From: a virus
Lineage: Duplodnaviria > Caudoviricetes
Length of the DNA stretch: 64,000 bases
Reading direction: 5' to 3' (one strand)
IMG/VR virus record: IMGVR_UViG_3300042549_000858
Coordinates: 918-64,917 of that record
Below are positions 54,812-62,366 of this stretch, one piece after another. A model generated the notes under the pieces. It had not been told where the DNA came from and ran no database searches. It was given only the letters and a program-made list of their open reading frames with translations. How positions within the stretch are numbered: position 1 is the first letter of the stretch; each line of letters starts with the position of its first letter. A program made the translations under genes and the position numbers.

Positions 54812-54960
54812 TTGGAGAAGACGATGATGACATCCAAGAGTACAAGAAGCCTTGGGTTGGGTTGACGGATAGAGAAATGATGGACGTCATACACCTAGAT
54901 GACACGCCAATGGAAATGGGGCGAAAAATAGAAGCCAAACTGAAAGAAAAAAATGGCTAG
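54808..54960 (+). CDS. Small protein with PWVGLTD..E/IEAKLKEKN motif, 50 aa (not in ORF track)
   Basis: RBS GGAGGAG; MIGEDDDDIQEYKKPWVGLTDREMM...IEAKLKEKNG. Confidence 0.7.
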   Translation: MIGEDDDDIQEYKKPWVGLTDREMMDVIHLDDTPMEMGRKIEAKLKEKNG

Positions 54961-55423
54961 ACCCTACGGCAAAATAAACAAGGGGCACACCATACCCTAC
55001 GGCACGATGGTAAATGCTGGTTATGAATTGCGCCAAGCCTACTACGGCGGGTATAAAAATGACAATGAGTTTCCTGAGTTGCCATGCCCGCCACAGCCCA
55101 CAGAATATGTATGCCCCGAAGAAGAGTTGTACAGGAAAGAAGTCTCAGCGTTTGTACAAGAACTGCTAGATGTGCTGACACCTAGAGAATCCAAAGTGTT
55201 GCGCTTTAGATTTGGTATTGAACTTGAATGTGACCATACGCTTGATGAAATTGCGGGGATGTATGACCTAACAAGGGAGCGTATTCGACAGATTGAGATG
55301 AAAGCAATACGCAAACTGAAGCACCCCGAACTTAAACTTGCAGAAGTCTTTGCACCCGAAGATTGCTACGAACCAACTAATAGAAAGAAAAGAACACATG
55401 AACGTATTGACAGTAGATTTTGA
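54953..55423 (+). CDS. Stand-alone sigma70 region 4 protein, 156 aa
   Basis: LTPRESKVLRFRFGI....HTLDEIA....LTRERIRQIEMKAIRKLKHP, closely matching RpoD region 4; no regions 2 or 3. Confidence 0.88.
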   Translation: MARPYGKINKGHTIPYGTMVNAGYELRQAYYGGYKNDNEFPELPCPPQPTEYVCPEEELYRKEVSAFVQELLDVLTPRESKVLRFRFGIELECDHTLDEIAGMYDLTRERIRQIEMKAIRKLKHPELKLAEVFAPEDCYEPTNRKKRTHERIDSRF

Positions 55424-57230
55424 GACGTACTACACCAGTGGGGACTTAGGGTTCAAGAAGCAGACCACTGAAGAGTATGTGCGTGACCCGCGATTCCATG
55501 TGATTGGTGTGTCGGTGCAAGTGGATGGTGGCAAGCCTGAGTGGTTCAGTGGTGACTACATGCAGACCTACGAGTTCCTAAAACGATTCGACTGGGCTAA
55601 CAGCATGGCGGTTGCACACAATGCCATGTTCGATATGGCAATCCTAAGTTGGCACTACAACATCAAACCTATGGCTATCGGTGACACGTTGAGCATGGCA
55701 CGTGCCGTGCATGGCACTGAGGTGGGTGGCAGTCTTGAGAAGTTGGCTGTGCACTATGGGCTTGGCGTCAAGGGTAAAGAAGTTGTCACGGCTATTGACT
55801 TGAAGCGTAAGGACTTCACAACGCGTCAACTTGATGCGTATGGTGACTACTGTAAGAACGACGTAGCACTTACCTACGACTTATTCCGAACACTACTGCC
55901 TTCATTCAAGATGCTAGAGTTGAAGTTGATTGATACAACTATCAGGATGTTTACAGAACCAGTTTTAAGGCTCGATCCGGGCCTACTTGAAAAGCATCTT
56001 GTCCAAGTACGTGATAGGAAGGCTAAGTCACTTGCAGCAGCAGGTTGTTCTATCGAAGATTTAATGTCCAACAAGAAGTTTGCAGAAGTTCTACGCAAGT
56101 TGGGTGTCGAACCGCCTATGAAGATAAGCCCAACTACGGGCAAGGAGACGCTTGCACTGGCTAAGAACGACGAAGAGTTCAAAACGTTGGCTGACCATAA
56201 AGATATACAAGTGCAAGCAGTTGTTGCCGCACGGCTTGGCAATAAAACTACGCTAGAAGAAACCCGCACCGAGCGGTTGATTGGGATTGCCACAAGAGGA
56301 CTGATACCTGTACCCCTCTCATACTACGCCGCACACACGGGACGGTGGGGTGGGTCGGACAAACTTAATTTCCAAAACTTTCCCTCACGTGGCGAGAACG
56401 CGGGGGTATTGAAGAACGCAATCCTAGCCCCCGAAGGGCATGTGATTATTGACTGCGACTCATCGCAGATTGAAGCCCGTGTGCTTGCATGGTTCGCGGG
56501 ACAAACAGATTTAGTGGAGGCATTTGCGAATGGCGAGGACGTATACAAAATCATGGCGTCGCAGATTTACCGCAAGCCCATCGAAGAAGTCTTGGATACT
56601 AAGGCGAACCCCGAACGGTTTGTGGGTAAAACCACAATTCTTGGAGCGGGTTATGGCATGGGCGGTACGAAGTTCCAAGCGCAACTCAAGACGTTTGACG
56701 TCACAGTTACTGAGGGAGAAGCCGCAGGGATTATCAAAACCTATCGAGAAACCTACCCCTATATTCCCGCCCTATGGCAAGCAGGCTCCACGGCGATTAC
56801 TGCTCTAGCAAACGGGCAAACAACCAAGTGGGGCAACGGTTGCATTGAGATACATAAAGATGGTATCCTCATGCCTAACGGTTTGTACCAACGGTATCCA
56901 AACTTGCGAAAAATGGTGGACGACCAAGGCAAGACGCAGTACGTCTATGACTCCCGTAAGGGCATAGTAAAACTGTATGGTGGCAAGTTGACAGAGAACG
57001 TTTGTCAGGGTTTGGCACGTTGCATCATTGGCGAACAGATGTTGAGAATTGCAAAGAGATACCGTGTCGTGCTTACTGTTCACGATGCTGTGGCATGTGT
57101 TGCTCCAAAAGAAGAGGCCGAAGAAGCCAAGCAATACGTGATGGAATGTATGCGCTATGTACCCGAATGGGCGAAAGGCATACCATTAAATTGTGAGGCT
57201 GGCTATGGAGATAGTTATGGAGATTGTTAA
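55398..57230 (+). CDS. polA: DNA polymerase family A with 3'-5' exonuclease
   Basis: DFETY, AHNAMFD, YC.ND exonuclease motifs; TGRW, N.QN.P; motif A DSSQIEARV, motif B R..GK...LG..YG, motif C VHD. Confidence 0.95.
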   Translation: MNVLTVDFETYYTSGDLGFKKQTTEEYVRDPRFHVIGVSVQVDGGKPEWFSGDYMQTYEFLKRFDWANSMAVAHNAMFDMAILSWHYNIKPMAIGDTLSMARAVHGTEVGGSLEKLAVHYGLGVKGKEVVTAIDLKRKDFTTRQLDAYGDYCKNDVALTYDLFRTLLPSFKMLELKLIDTTIRMFTEPVLRLDPGLLEKHLVQVRDRKAKSLAAAGCSIEDLMSNKKFAEVLRKLGVEPPMKISPTTGKETLALAKNDEEFKTLADHKDIQVQAVVAARLGNKTTLEETRTERLIGIATRGLIPVPLSYYAAHTGRWGGSDKLNFQNFPSRGENAGVLKNAILAPEGHVIIDCDSSQIEARVLAWFAGQTDLVEAFANGEDVYKIMASQIYRKPIEEVLDTKANPERFVGKTTILGAGYGMGGTKFQAQLKTFDVTVTEGEAAGIIKTYRETYPYIPALWQAGSTAITALANGQTTKWGNGCIEIHKDGILMPNGLYQRYPNLRKMVDDQGKTQYVYDSRKGIVKLYGGKLTENVCQGLARCIIGEQMLRIAKRYRVVLTVHDAVACVAPKEEAEEAKQYVMECMRYVPEWAKGIPLNCEAGYGDSYGDC

Positions 57231-57392
57231 ATGACACCGCAACCTATTACCACGTTCCCGCTTGGGTACGATGAGAAGACCGAGATGGTGCTTACTGCCG
57301 CGAATGAAATAGTTATTACGCACCCCGTAATGCCAACAATGATTTACGATGAAACTGTAATGCGTTGGGTTCACATCGAGGCAACAAACTAA
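57231..57392 (+). CDS. Hypothetical protein, 53 aa (not in ORF track)
   Basis: RBS GGAGA; fills the gap between polA and the nuclease gene. Confidence 0.5.
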   Translation: MTPQPITTFPLGYDEKTEMVLTAANEIVITHPVMPTMIYDETVMRWVHIEATN

Positions 57393-58078
57393 TGAACAAA
57401 GCACCCGCATGGAGTTACTCGAGCATCACGCTGTTCGACCAGTGCCCTAAAAAATATTACCACTTGCGAGTGGCAAAGGACATCAAGGAACCTGAGAGCG
57501 ACGCGATGATGTACGGCAAAGACTTGCACTCTGCCGCAGAGCACTACGTACGGGACGACAAACCACTACCCGCAAAGTACGACTACATATTGCCAATGTT
57601 GGACGTGTTGAAAAACATGAAAGGCGAGAAGCATTGTGAACTCAAGATGGGCATCAAGAAAGAAGATGGACGCCTTGTACCTTGTGGCTTCTTTGATAAA
57701 GAAGTTTGGTATCGTGGCGTTGCTGACCTAATCGTTATCAACAAAGAAAAGAAGGAAGCCCGTGTAGTTGACTACAAGACGGGCAAGAGCAGTAAGTACG
57801 CTGACCCTAAACAACTTGCACTAATGGCGGCTTGCATATTCGTGCATTTCCCTGAGATAGAGACTGTGAAGGGTGGGCTACTGTTTGTCGTGGTGGGTGA
57901 CTTCATCAGGGCGCAGTACAAAGTGGCTACTGGGCTTAACATATTTGCACAACTGGACGATACGTTGGTTACTCGTGAGACAGCATACGAGTCAGGCGTG
58001 TTTAATCCAAAGAAAAATTTCACATGTAAAGCATGGTGTCCCGTGCTTATATGTCCACACAACGGAAGGAATGAGTAA
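57392..58078 (+). CDS. Cas4/RecB-like PD-(D/E)xK exonuclease (DUF2800-like)
   Basis: WSYS..F.QCP, G..D, VVDYKTG, QL; C-terminal C..WCP..C (four-Cys Fe-S pattern). Confidence 0.88.
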   Translation: MNKAPAWSYSSITLFDQCPKKYYHLRVAKDIKEPESDAMMYGKDLHSAAEHYVRDDKPLPAKYDYILPMLDVLKNMKGEKHCELKMGIKKEDGRLVPCGFFDKEVWYRGVADLIVINKEKKEARVVDYKTGKSSKYADPKQLALMAACIFVHFPEIETVKGGLLFVVVGDFIRAQYKVATGLNIFAQLDDTLVTRETAYESGVFNPKKNFTCKAWCPVLICPHNGRNE

Positions 58079-58338
58079 TGACTTACAAGAACAAATCAGA
58101 CCGCGATGCCAAGCATGAGTGGGAACTGGAAAAGAAACGTGCGGGTGCACACGAAGCACGCATGGAACGACAACGCGCTAGACGTGCGCTGGACAAGAAG
58201 GGCGTAGACCGCAAGGGTAAAGATGTTGCCCACAAGGTTGCGCTGAGTAAGGGTGGCACTAACAAAGAGGGTTACACCTTGCAAGCCCCCGCAAAGAATC
58301 GTTCGTTCAAAAGGAATTCAGACAAGTCAATGAAATAA
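58078..58338 (+). CDS. Small HNH-like protein, 86 aa
   Basis: Arg-rich helix followed by KDVAHK.ALSKGG.N...NRSF. Confidence 0.7.
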   Translation: MTYKNKSDRDAKHEWELEKKRAGAHEARMERQRARRALDKKGVDRKGKDVAHKVALSKGGTNKEGYTLQAPAKNRSFKRNSDKSMK

Positions 58339-58348
58339 AGTTGTTAGT

Positions 58349-58520
58349 GCGCCCCAAGGTTAGGTGTGAGTGGTAGGGGCGCGAGGGCTGTCAATCCCTT
58401 CATGGAAACGAAAACCGCACCAGTTAGAGCCTATCGACCCCTTTCTGAGGATAGGTGATTTAACCGACTGGCACCCGCAAGGTGCCGCCAATTTCCTCTA
58501 AACACAGACCGTGTTTGGAG
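58349..58520 (+). ncRNA. Candidate structured RNA/leader with five stem-loops
   Basis: Stems 58349-55/58376-82, 58383-87/58396-400, 58420-35/58450-71, 58470-75/58481-86 and 58496-505/58511-20 in a 200-bp intergenic gap. Confidence 0.45.
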
Positions 58521-58541
58521 TGCATAACAATCGGAGAGAGC

Positions 58542-60089
58542 ATGGAGATTATTGAGAACAGAGCAATATTGCTCAAGGTAAAACACCCCGACAGAATCAC
58601 TACGGTGATTCCAAAGAGCAAGGTGTTGGAGAGAGATGAGAACTCAGCAAGTGTGTTGGTGAACTGGGGCTTGGAAGAGACCCTAGTGCTGAAGAACTTA
58701 CGTATCAACGTACCATCACCTATCAATGGAACATACAAGTGGCCGGGGCTGTACAAACCGTTCGACCATCAAAAAGTTACATCGTCTTTTCTAACCATGC
58801 ACCGCCGTGCGTTTTGCTTCAATGAGCAAGGCACAGGCAAGACCGCTAGTGTTATATGGTCGGCAGACTATCTAATGACGCAGAAGATTATCAAGCGCGT
58901 GCTTGTTATCTGCCCCTTGTCCATCATGGACTCAGCATGGCGTAATGACTTGTTTAGATTTGCGATGCACCGCAGAGTAGACGTCGCATATGGCAAGCCT
59001 GAGAAACGCAAAGAAATTATTAGGGGTGAGGCTGAGTTTGTCATCATTAACTACGACGGTTTAGAAATCGTAGCGGATGCCGTTGCACAGGGTGGCTTTG
59101 ATTTGATTGTTATTGATGAGGCGAACGCCTACAAAAATCCTCAGACGAAGCGTTGGAAAATCCTGAGTAAATTAGTCCAACCGACCACATGGCTATGGAT
59201 GTTGACAGGAACGCCCGCCTCACAATCCCCTGTAGATGCGTATGGCATAGCGAAGTTAGTTAACCCCAACAATATCCCTCGATTCTTTGGTGGGTTCAGA
59301 GACCAAGTGATGAACAAAGTCACGCAGTTCAAGTGGGTGCCGAAGCCCGATGCGAACGACACGGTATACAGAGCACTACAACCCGCGATACGTTTTACGA
59401 AAGAGCAATGCTTAGATTTACCTGAGATGACCTACGTAACGCGAGACGTACCACTTACTGCACAGCAAGAGAAATACTACGAGTTACTCCGCCGTCAGTT
59501 AATCGTGCAAGCGGCTGGTGAAGAGATAACAACAGTCAACGCCGCCGCTAACCTCAACAAGTTACTGCAACTATCAGGTGGTGCGGTGTATTCCGATACA
59601 GGCGAAGTTGTGCAGTTCGATGCAAGCAACCGCCTCGCTGTCCTACGAGAAGTTATTGAAGAGTCTAGCCACAAGGTGCTGGTGTTCGTACCGTTCAGAC
59701 ATGCGATTGAAGTTGTGTCCGAAGACTTAAAGAAGCACGGGTATGCGACCGCACTCATTCACGGCGGGGTATCCGCAAGCAAACGCACAGAAATTTTTGA
59801 GAGATTCCAAACGACTGACAGCCCACAAGTGTTAGTCATACAACCGCAAGCGGCGTCACACGGGGTCACCCTACATGCCGCAAACACGATTGTGTATTGG
59901 AGTCCGGTAATGTCCGTAGAGACATATTTGCAATGCAACGCACGAGTCCATAGGGCAGGGCAAAAGAACCCATCAGTTGTAGTGCACTTGCAGGGTAGTG
60001 GTGTAGAACGCCGCATGTACACCATGTTGAATAACAAAGTCGATATTCACCACAAAATTATTGACCTATACGGGGAAATACTGAGTTGA
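58542..60089 (+). CDS. SNF2-family helicase
   Basis: EQGTGKT, VICP, INYD, IDEA, LTGTP, HG.TL..A, Q..AR.HR.GQ; start re-placed at MEIIEN behind GGAGAG. Confidence 0.92.
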   Translation: MEIIENRAILLKVKHPDRITTVIPKSKVLERDENSASVLVNWGLEETLVLKNLRINVPSPINGTYKWPGLYKPFDHQKVTSSFLTMHRRAFCFNEQGTGKTASVIWSADYLMTQKIIKRVLVICPLSIMDSAWRNDLFRFAMHRRVDVAYGKPEKRKEIIRGEAEFVIINYDGLEIVADAVAQGGFDLIVIDEANAYKNPQTKRWKILSKLVQPTTWLWMLTGTPASQSPVDAYGIAKLVNPNNIPRFFGGFRDQVMNKVTQFKWVPKPDANDTVYRALQPAIRFTKEQCLDLPEMTYVTRDVPLTAQQEKYYELLRRQLIVQAAGEEITTVNAAANLNKLLQLSGGAVYSDTGEVVQFDASNRLAVLREVIEESSHKVLVFVPFRHAIEVVSEDLKKHGYATALIHGGVSASKRTEIFERFQTTDSPQVLVIQPQAASHGVTLHAANTIVYWSPVMSVETYLQCNARVHRAGQKNPSVVVHLQGSGVERRMYTMLNNKVDIHHKIIDLYGEILS

Positions 60090-60095
60090 CAATAC

Positions 60096-60123
60096 TTGAC
60101 AATGTTAAATTTAGCGGTATGAT
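60096..60123 (+). promoter_or_regulatory. Sigma70 promoter
   Basis: TTGACA-16 bp-TATGAT, with a second TTGACA 10 bp upstream at 60086. Confidence 0.7.
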
Positions 60124-60152
60124 GGACAACACAAAGAGAGAAGGAGAGAAAA

Positions 60153-60560
60153 ATGACTGAAGACATTTCAGCCGACAAACTCGTCGCCGTCTACATCAAG
60201 ATGCGCGACAAGAGAGCCGAACTTCTACGTGGTTACGAAGAAGAAGACGGTGCGGTGAAAGCACAGATGGAAATGGTGGAGGGCAAGTTACTTGACCTCT
60301 GCAAGACTGTCGGTGCCGATAGCCTAAAGACCAAGCACGGTACTGTTATGCGTGGTGTAAAAACTCGCTACTGGACAAGTGATTGGGCATCCATGCACAA
60401 ATTCATTTTGGAACACCAAATGCCTGACCTTTTGGAAAAGCGCATTAGTCAAGCCACACTGAAACAACTTTTGGATGAGAACCCTGACCTGATGCCCCCG
60501 GGCGTCAATGTAGATAGCAAATACTCAGTTACTGTAAGGAGAAGCACAAGTGGAAGCTGA
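60153..60560 (+). CDS. Conserved replication-module coiled-coil protein, 135 aa
   Basis: L...YIK.RD, S.KT.HGT, DW.....FI, LLEKRI.Q, PPG motifs. Confidence 0.8.
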   Translation: MTEDISADKLVAVYIKMRDKRAELLRGYEEEDGAVKAQMEMVEGKLLDLCKTVGADSLKTKHGTVMRGVKTRYWTSDWASMHKFILEHQMPDLLEKRISQATLKQLLDENPDLMPPGVNVDSKYSVTVRRSTSGS

Positions 60561-60744
60561 AACAACCCTGACTGTTTTGGAGGTCGCAAAATACTTGCGG
60601 GTTTCCCGACAAACAGTCTACACCCTGATACGTGAGGGAAAAATCCCGCACTTCAAAGTAGGCACAAAGGTACGCATTAAACGTGCAGACCTCGACGCCA
60701 TGACAAATACCCAAACCAAATCAACCACAGGAGAAACTATATGA
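60550..60744 (+). CDS. Excisionase-like HTH DNA-binding protein
   Basis: LTV.EVAKYLRVSRQTVY.LIREGKIP..KVG...RI...DL. Confidence 0.88.
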   Translation: MEAETTLTVLEVAKYLRVSRQTVYTLIREGKIPHFKVGTKVRIKRADLDAMTNTQTKSTTGETI

Positions 60745-61610
60745 CTGAAATGACTTTATTTGCCAAGGGTGGCAATACCTTACCCGCACACTTGCGTAAC
60801 CTTGAACTGGACGCAACTACCAAAGCCTTGATGGGTTCGGGTGGTGGCTCAGGCAAGCGTATATCAATCAAAGGCGGTGTATTCCGCATGATTGTTGACG
60901 GCAAAGAAATCGCACAAAACGAAGACCGCGCCATGCCGATTGTTATCGTTGCGGCTAACCCGCACGTATCCCGTAGTTACTATGCAGACACTTATGTTGA
61001 AGGACAAGTCCTCGCCCCCTCATGCTGGTCAAACGATGGAGTCTCACCTGATTCCAAAGTCAGCGAACCACAGTCCGGCAAGTGCGCAACATGTGCACAA
61101 AACATTGCTGGCTCTGCAACTCAGGGTGCTGGACGTGCTTGCCGTTACAGCCAACGCTTGGCAGTTACCCTTGAGAACGACCTCAAAGGAGATGTGTACC
61201 AGTTGACACTCCCTGCGCAGTCAATCTTTGGTAATGTCGAGAACGGCAAAATGCCTTTGCAAGCATATGCTAAGTTCTTGGGTAGCCACGGTTTGCCAAT
61301 CACAGCAGTGGTGACCGAGATGCGTTTCGATACCGCAAGTGCTACACCTAAGTTGACGTTCAAGGCACTACGTCCTTTGGAAGCCGACGAGATGGCATTG
61401 GCACAAGAGAAGGGTCAATCAGCAGAAGCCAAGTCTGCGATTGCATCAACCCCTGCAACATTGGACGGCGCAAAACCAAAAGCAGTAGCCGCACCCGCAC
61501 CTGTAGCAAAAGCAGAAGACGCGCCAGCCGAAGAAGCCGAACCAACCAAACGCGCTAAGAAAGCCGCACCGAAAGATGTGAGCGAAATCTTGGACGATTG
61601 GGCTGAGTAA
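60741..61610 (+). CDS. Putative ssDNA-binding/annealing protein, 289 aa
   Basis: RISIKGG.F, P.CWS.DG..P, C..C..N..GS...G.AC, acidic/aromatic C-terminus ILDDWAE. Confidence 0.65.
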   Translation: MTEMTLFAKGGNTLPAHLRNLELDATTKALMGSGGGSGKRISIKGGVFRMIVDGKEIAQNEDRAMPIVIVAANPHVSRSYYADTYVEGQVLAPSCWSNDGVSPDSKVSEPQSGKCATCAQNIAGSATQGAGRACRYSQRLAVTLENDLKGDVYQLTLPAQSIFGNVENGKMPLQAYAKFLGSHGLPITAVVTEMRFDTASATPKLTFKALRPLEADEMALAQEKGQSAEAKSAIASTPATLDGAKPKAVAAPAPVAKAEDAPAEEAEPTKRAKKAAPKDVSEILDDWAE

Positions 61611-61652
61611 AAACAACGGGGGGCATAAGCCCCCCTACAAAGGAGGCTAATA

Positions 61653-62078
61653 ATGGCGAAAATTTGTGAGTGCTGTGGGCAAAAGATTCGGAAACTAAAC
61701 CCACACCGAATGTGCAAACACAAAGTTACTGTGCTTGAAATTATGGCTAAGGCTGATGACTGGGTAGTTGCCCAACATGGACATGGCGTCATTGTTAATG
61801 GCGTTTCTGTTCGCGCCCCTTATAGGGCAGAGGCACATGCAAGTCGTTTAGTTTGGTTTGGTTTAGCAGAACATGGAGCAACGCGCTCAGGGATGTACCG
61901 CATCACACAGGCGGGTAGGGACTTCCTTGCGGGAACACATGCTGTACCAAAAATCATATGGTGTAAAGACGGCATAGTAGTTGAAACAGATTCCATACAA
62001 GTAACGATAGGCAGTGTGAAAGATGTAGTCCTTGATAAAGAATATTGGGACAACTATGGAGCAATGCAGAGACCATGA
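61653..62078 (+). CDS. Hypothetical protein with CxxC and wHTH-like segment, 141 aa
   Basis: CECCGQ; L.WFGL.E....G.Y.IT..G..FL.G; RBS AAAGGAGG. Confidence 0.7.
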   Translation: MAKICECCGQKIRKLNPHRMCKHKVTVLEIMAKADDWVVAQHGHGVIVNGVSVRAPYRAEAHASRLVWFGLAEHGATRSGMYRITQAGRDFLAGTHAVPKIIWCKDGIVVETDSIQVTIGSVKDVVLDKEYWDNYGAMQRP

Positions 62079-62320
62079 ACAACAAAGGTTACTCCCGTAA
62101 GTTTGTACAAGCAAACAAAACGGCTGACAACGAGCACATCGGTGTACAACTTGGGCGCATATGCGTTTCGAGAGACATACCCGTGCAAGACGTAGCAGAG
62201 TATTTATCAGTATCACGACAGGCTGTTTATATGTGGTTCTTGGGGAAGTCATTTCCCCACCCCACTATGCGCGACACCATACGTGACCTGATTAAGACAC
62301 TCAAATCTAAAAAACCCTGA
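62075..62320 (+). CDS. XRE/Cro-like HTH protein, 81 aa
   Basis: GYS...GV.LGR.C...DIPV.DVA.YL.VSRQ.VY.WF.G...P; upstream of the primase. Confidence 0.8.
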   Translation: MNNKGYSRKFVQANKTADNEHIGVQLGRICVSRDIPVQDVAEYLSVSRQAVYMWFLGKSFPHPTMRDTIRDLIKTLKSKKP

Positions 62321-62366
62321 CCGACAGTCTGCCGCCAGCAGACTACGGTTTTCAAAAGAGCGAACA

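Noticed and set aside
59684-59698. TTCGTACCGTTCAGA as an 11th palindrome copy
   Set aside because: Only the left arm matches; it lies in a conserved helicase motif (VFVPF).
60550-60744. Excisionase-like gene as evidence of an integrated prophage
   Set aside because: No integrase, att site or host genes are visible; this HTH family is common as a plain regulator.
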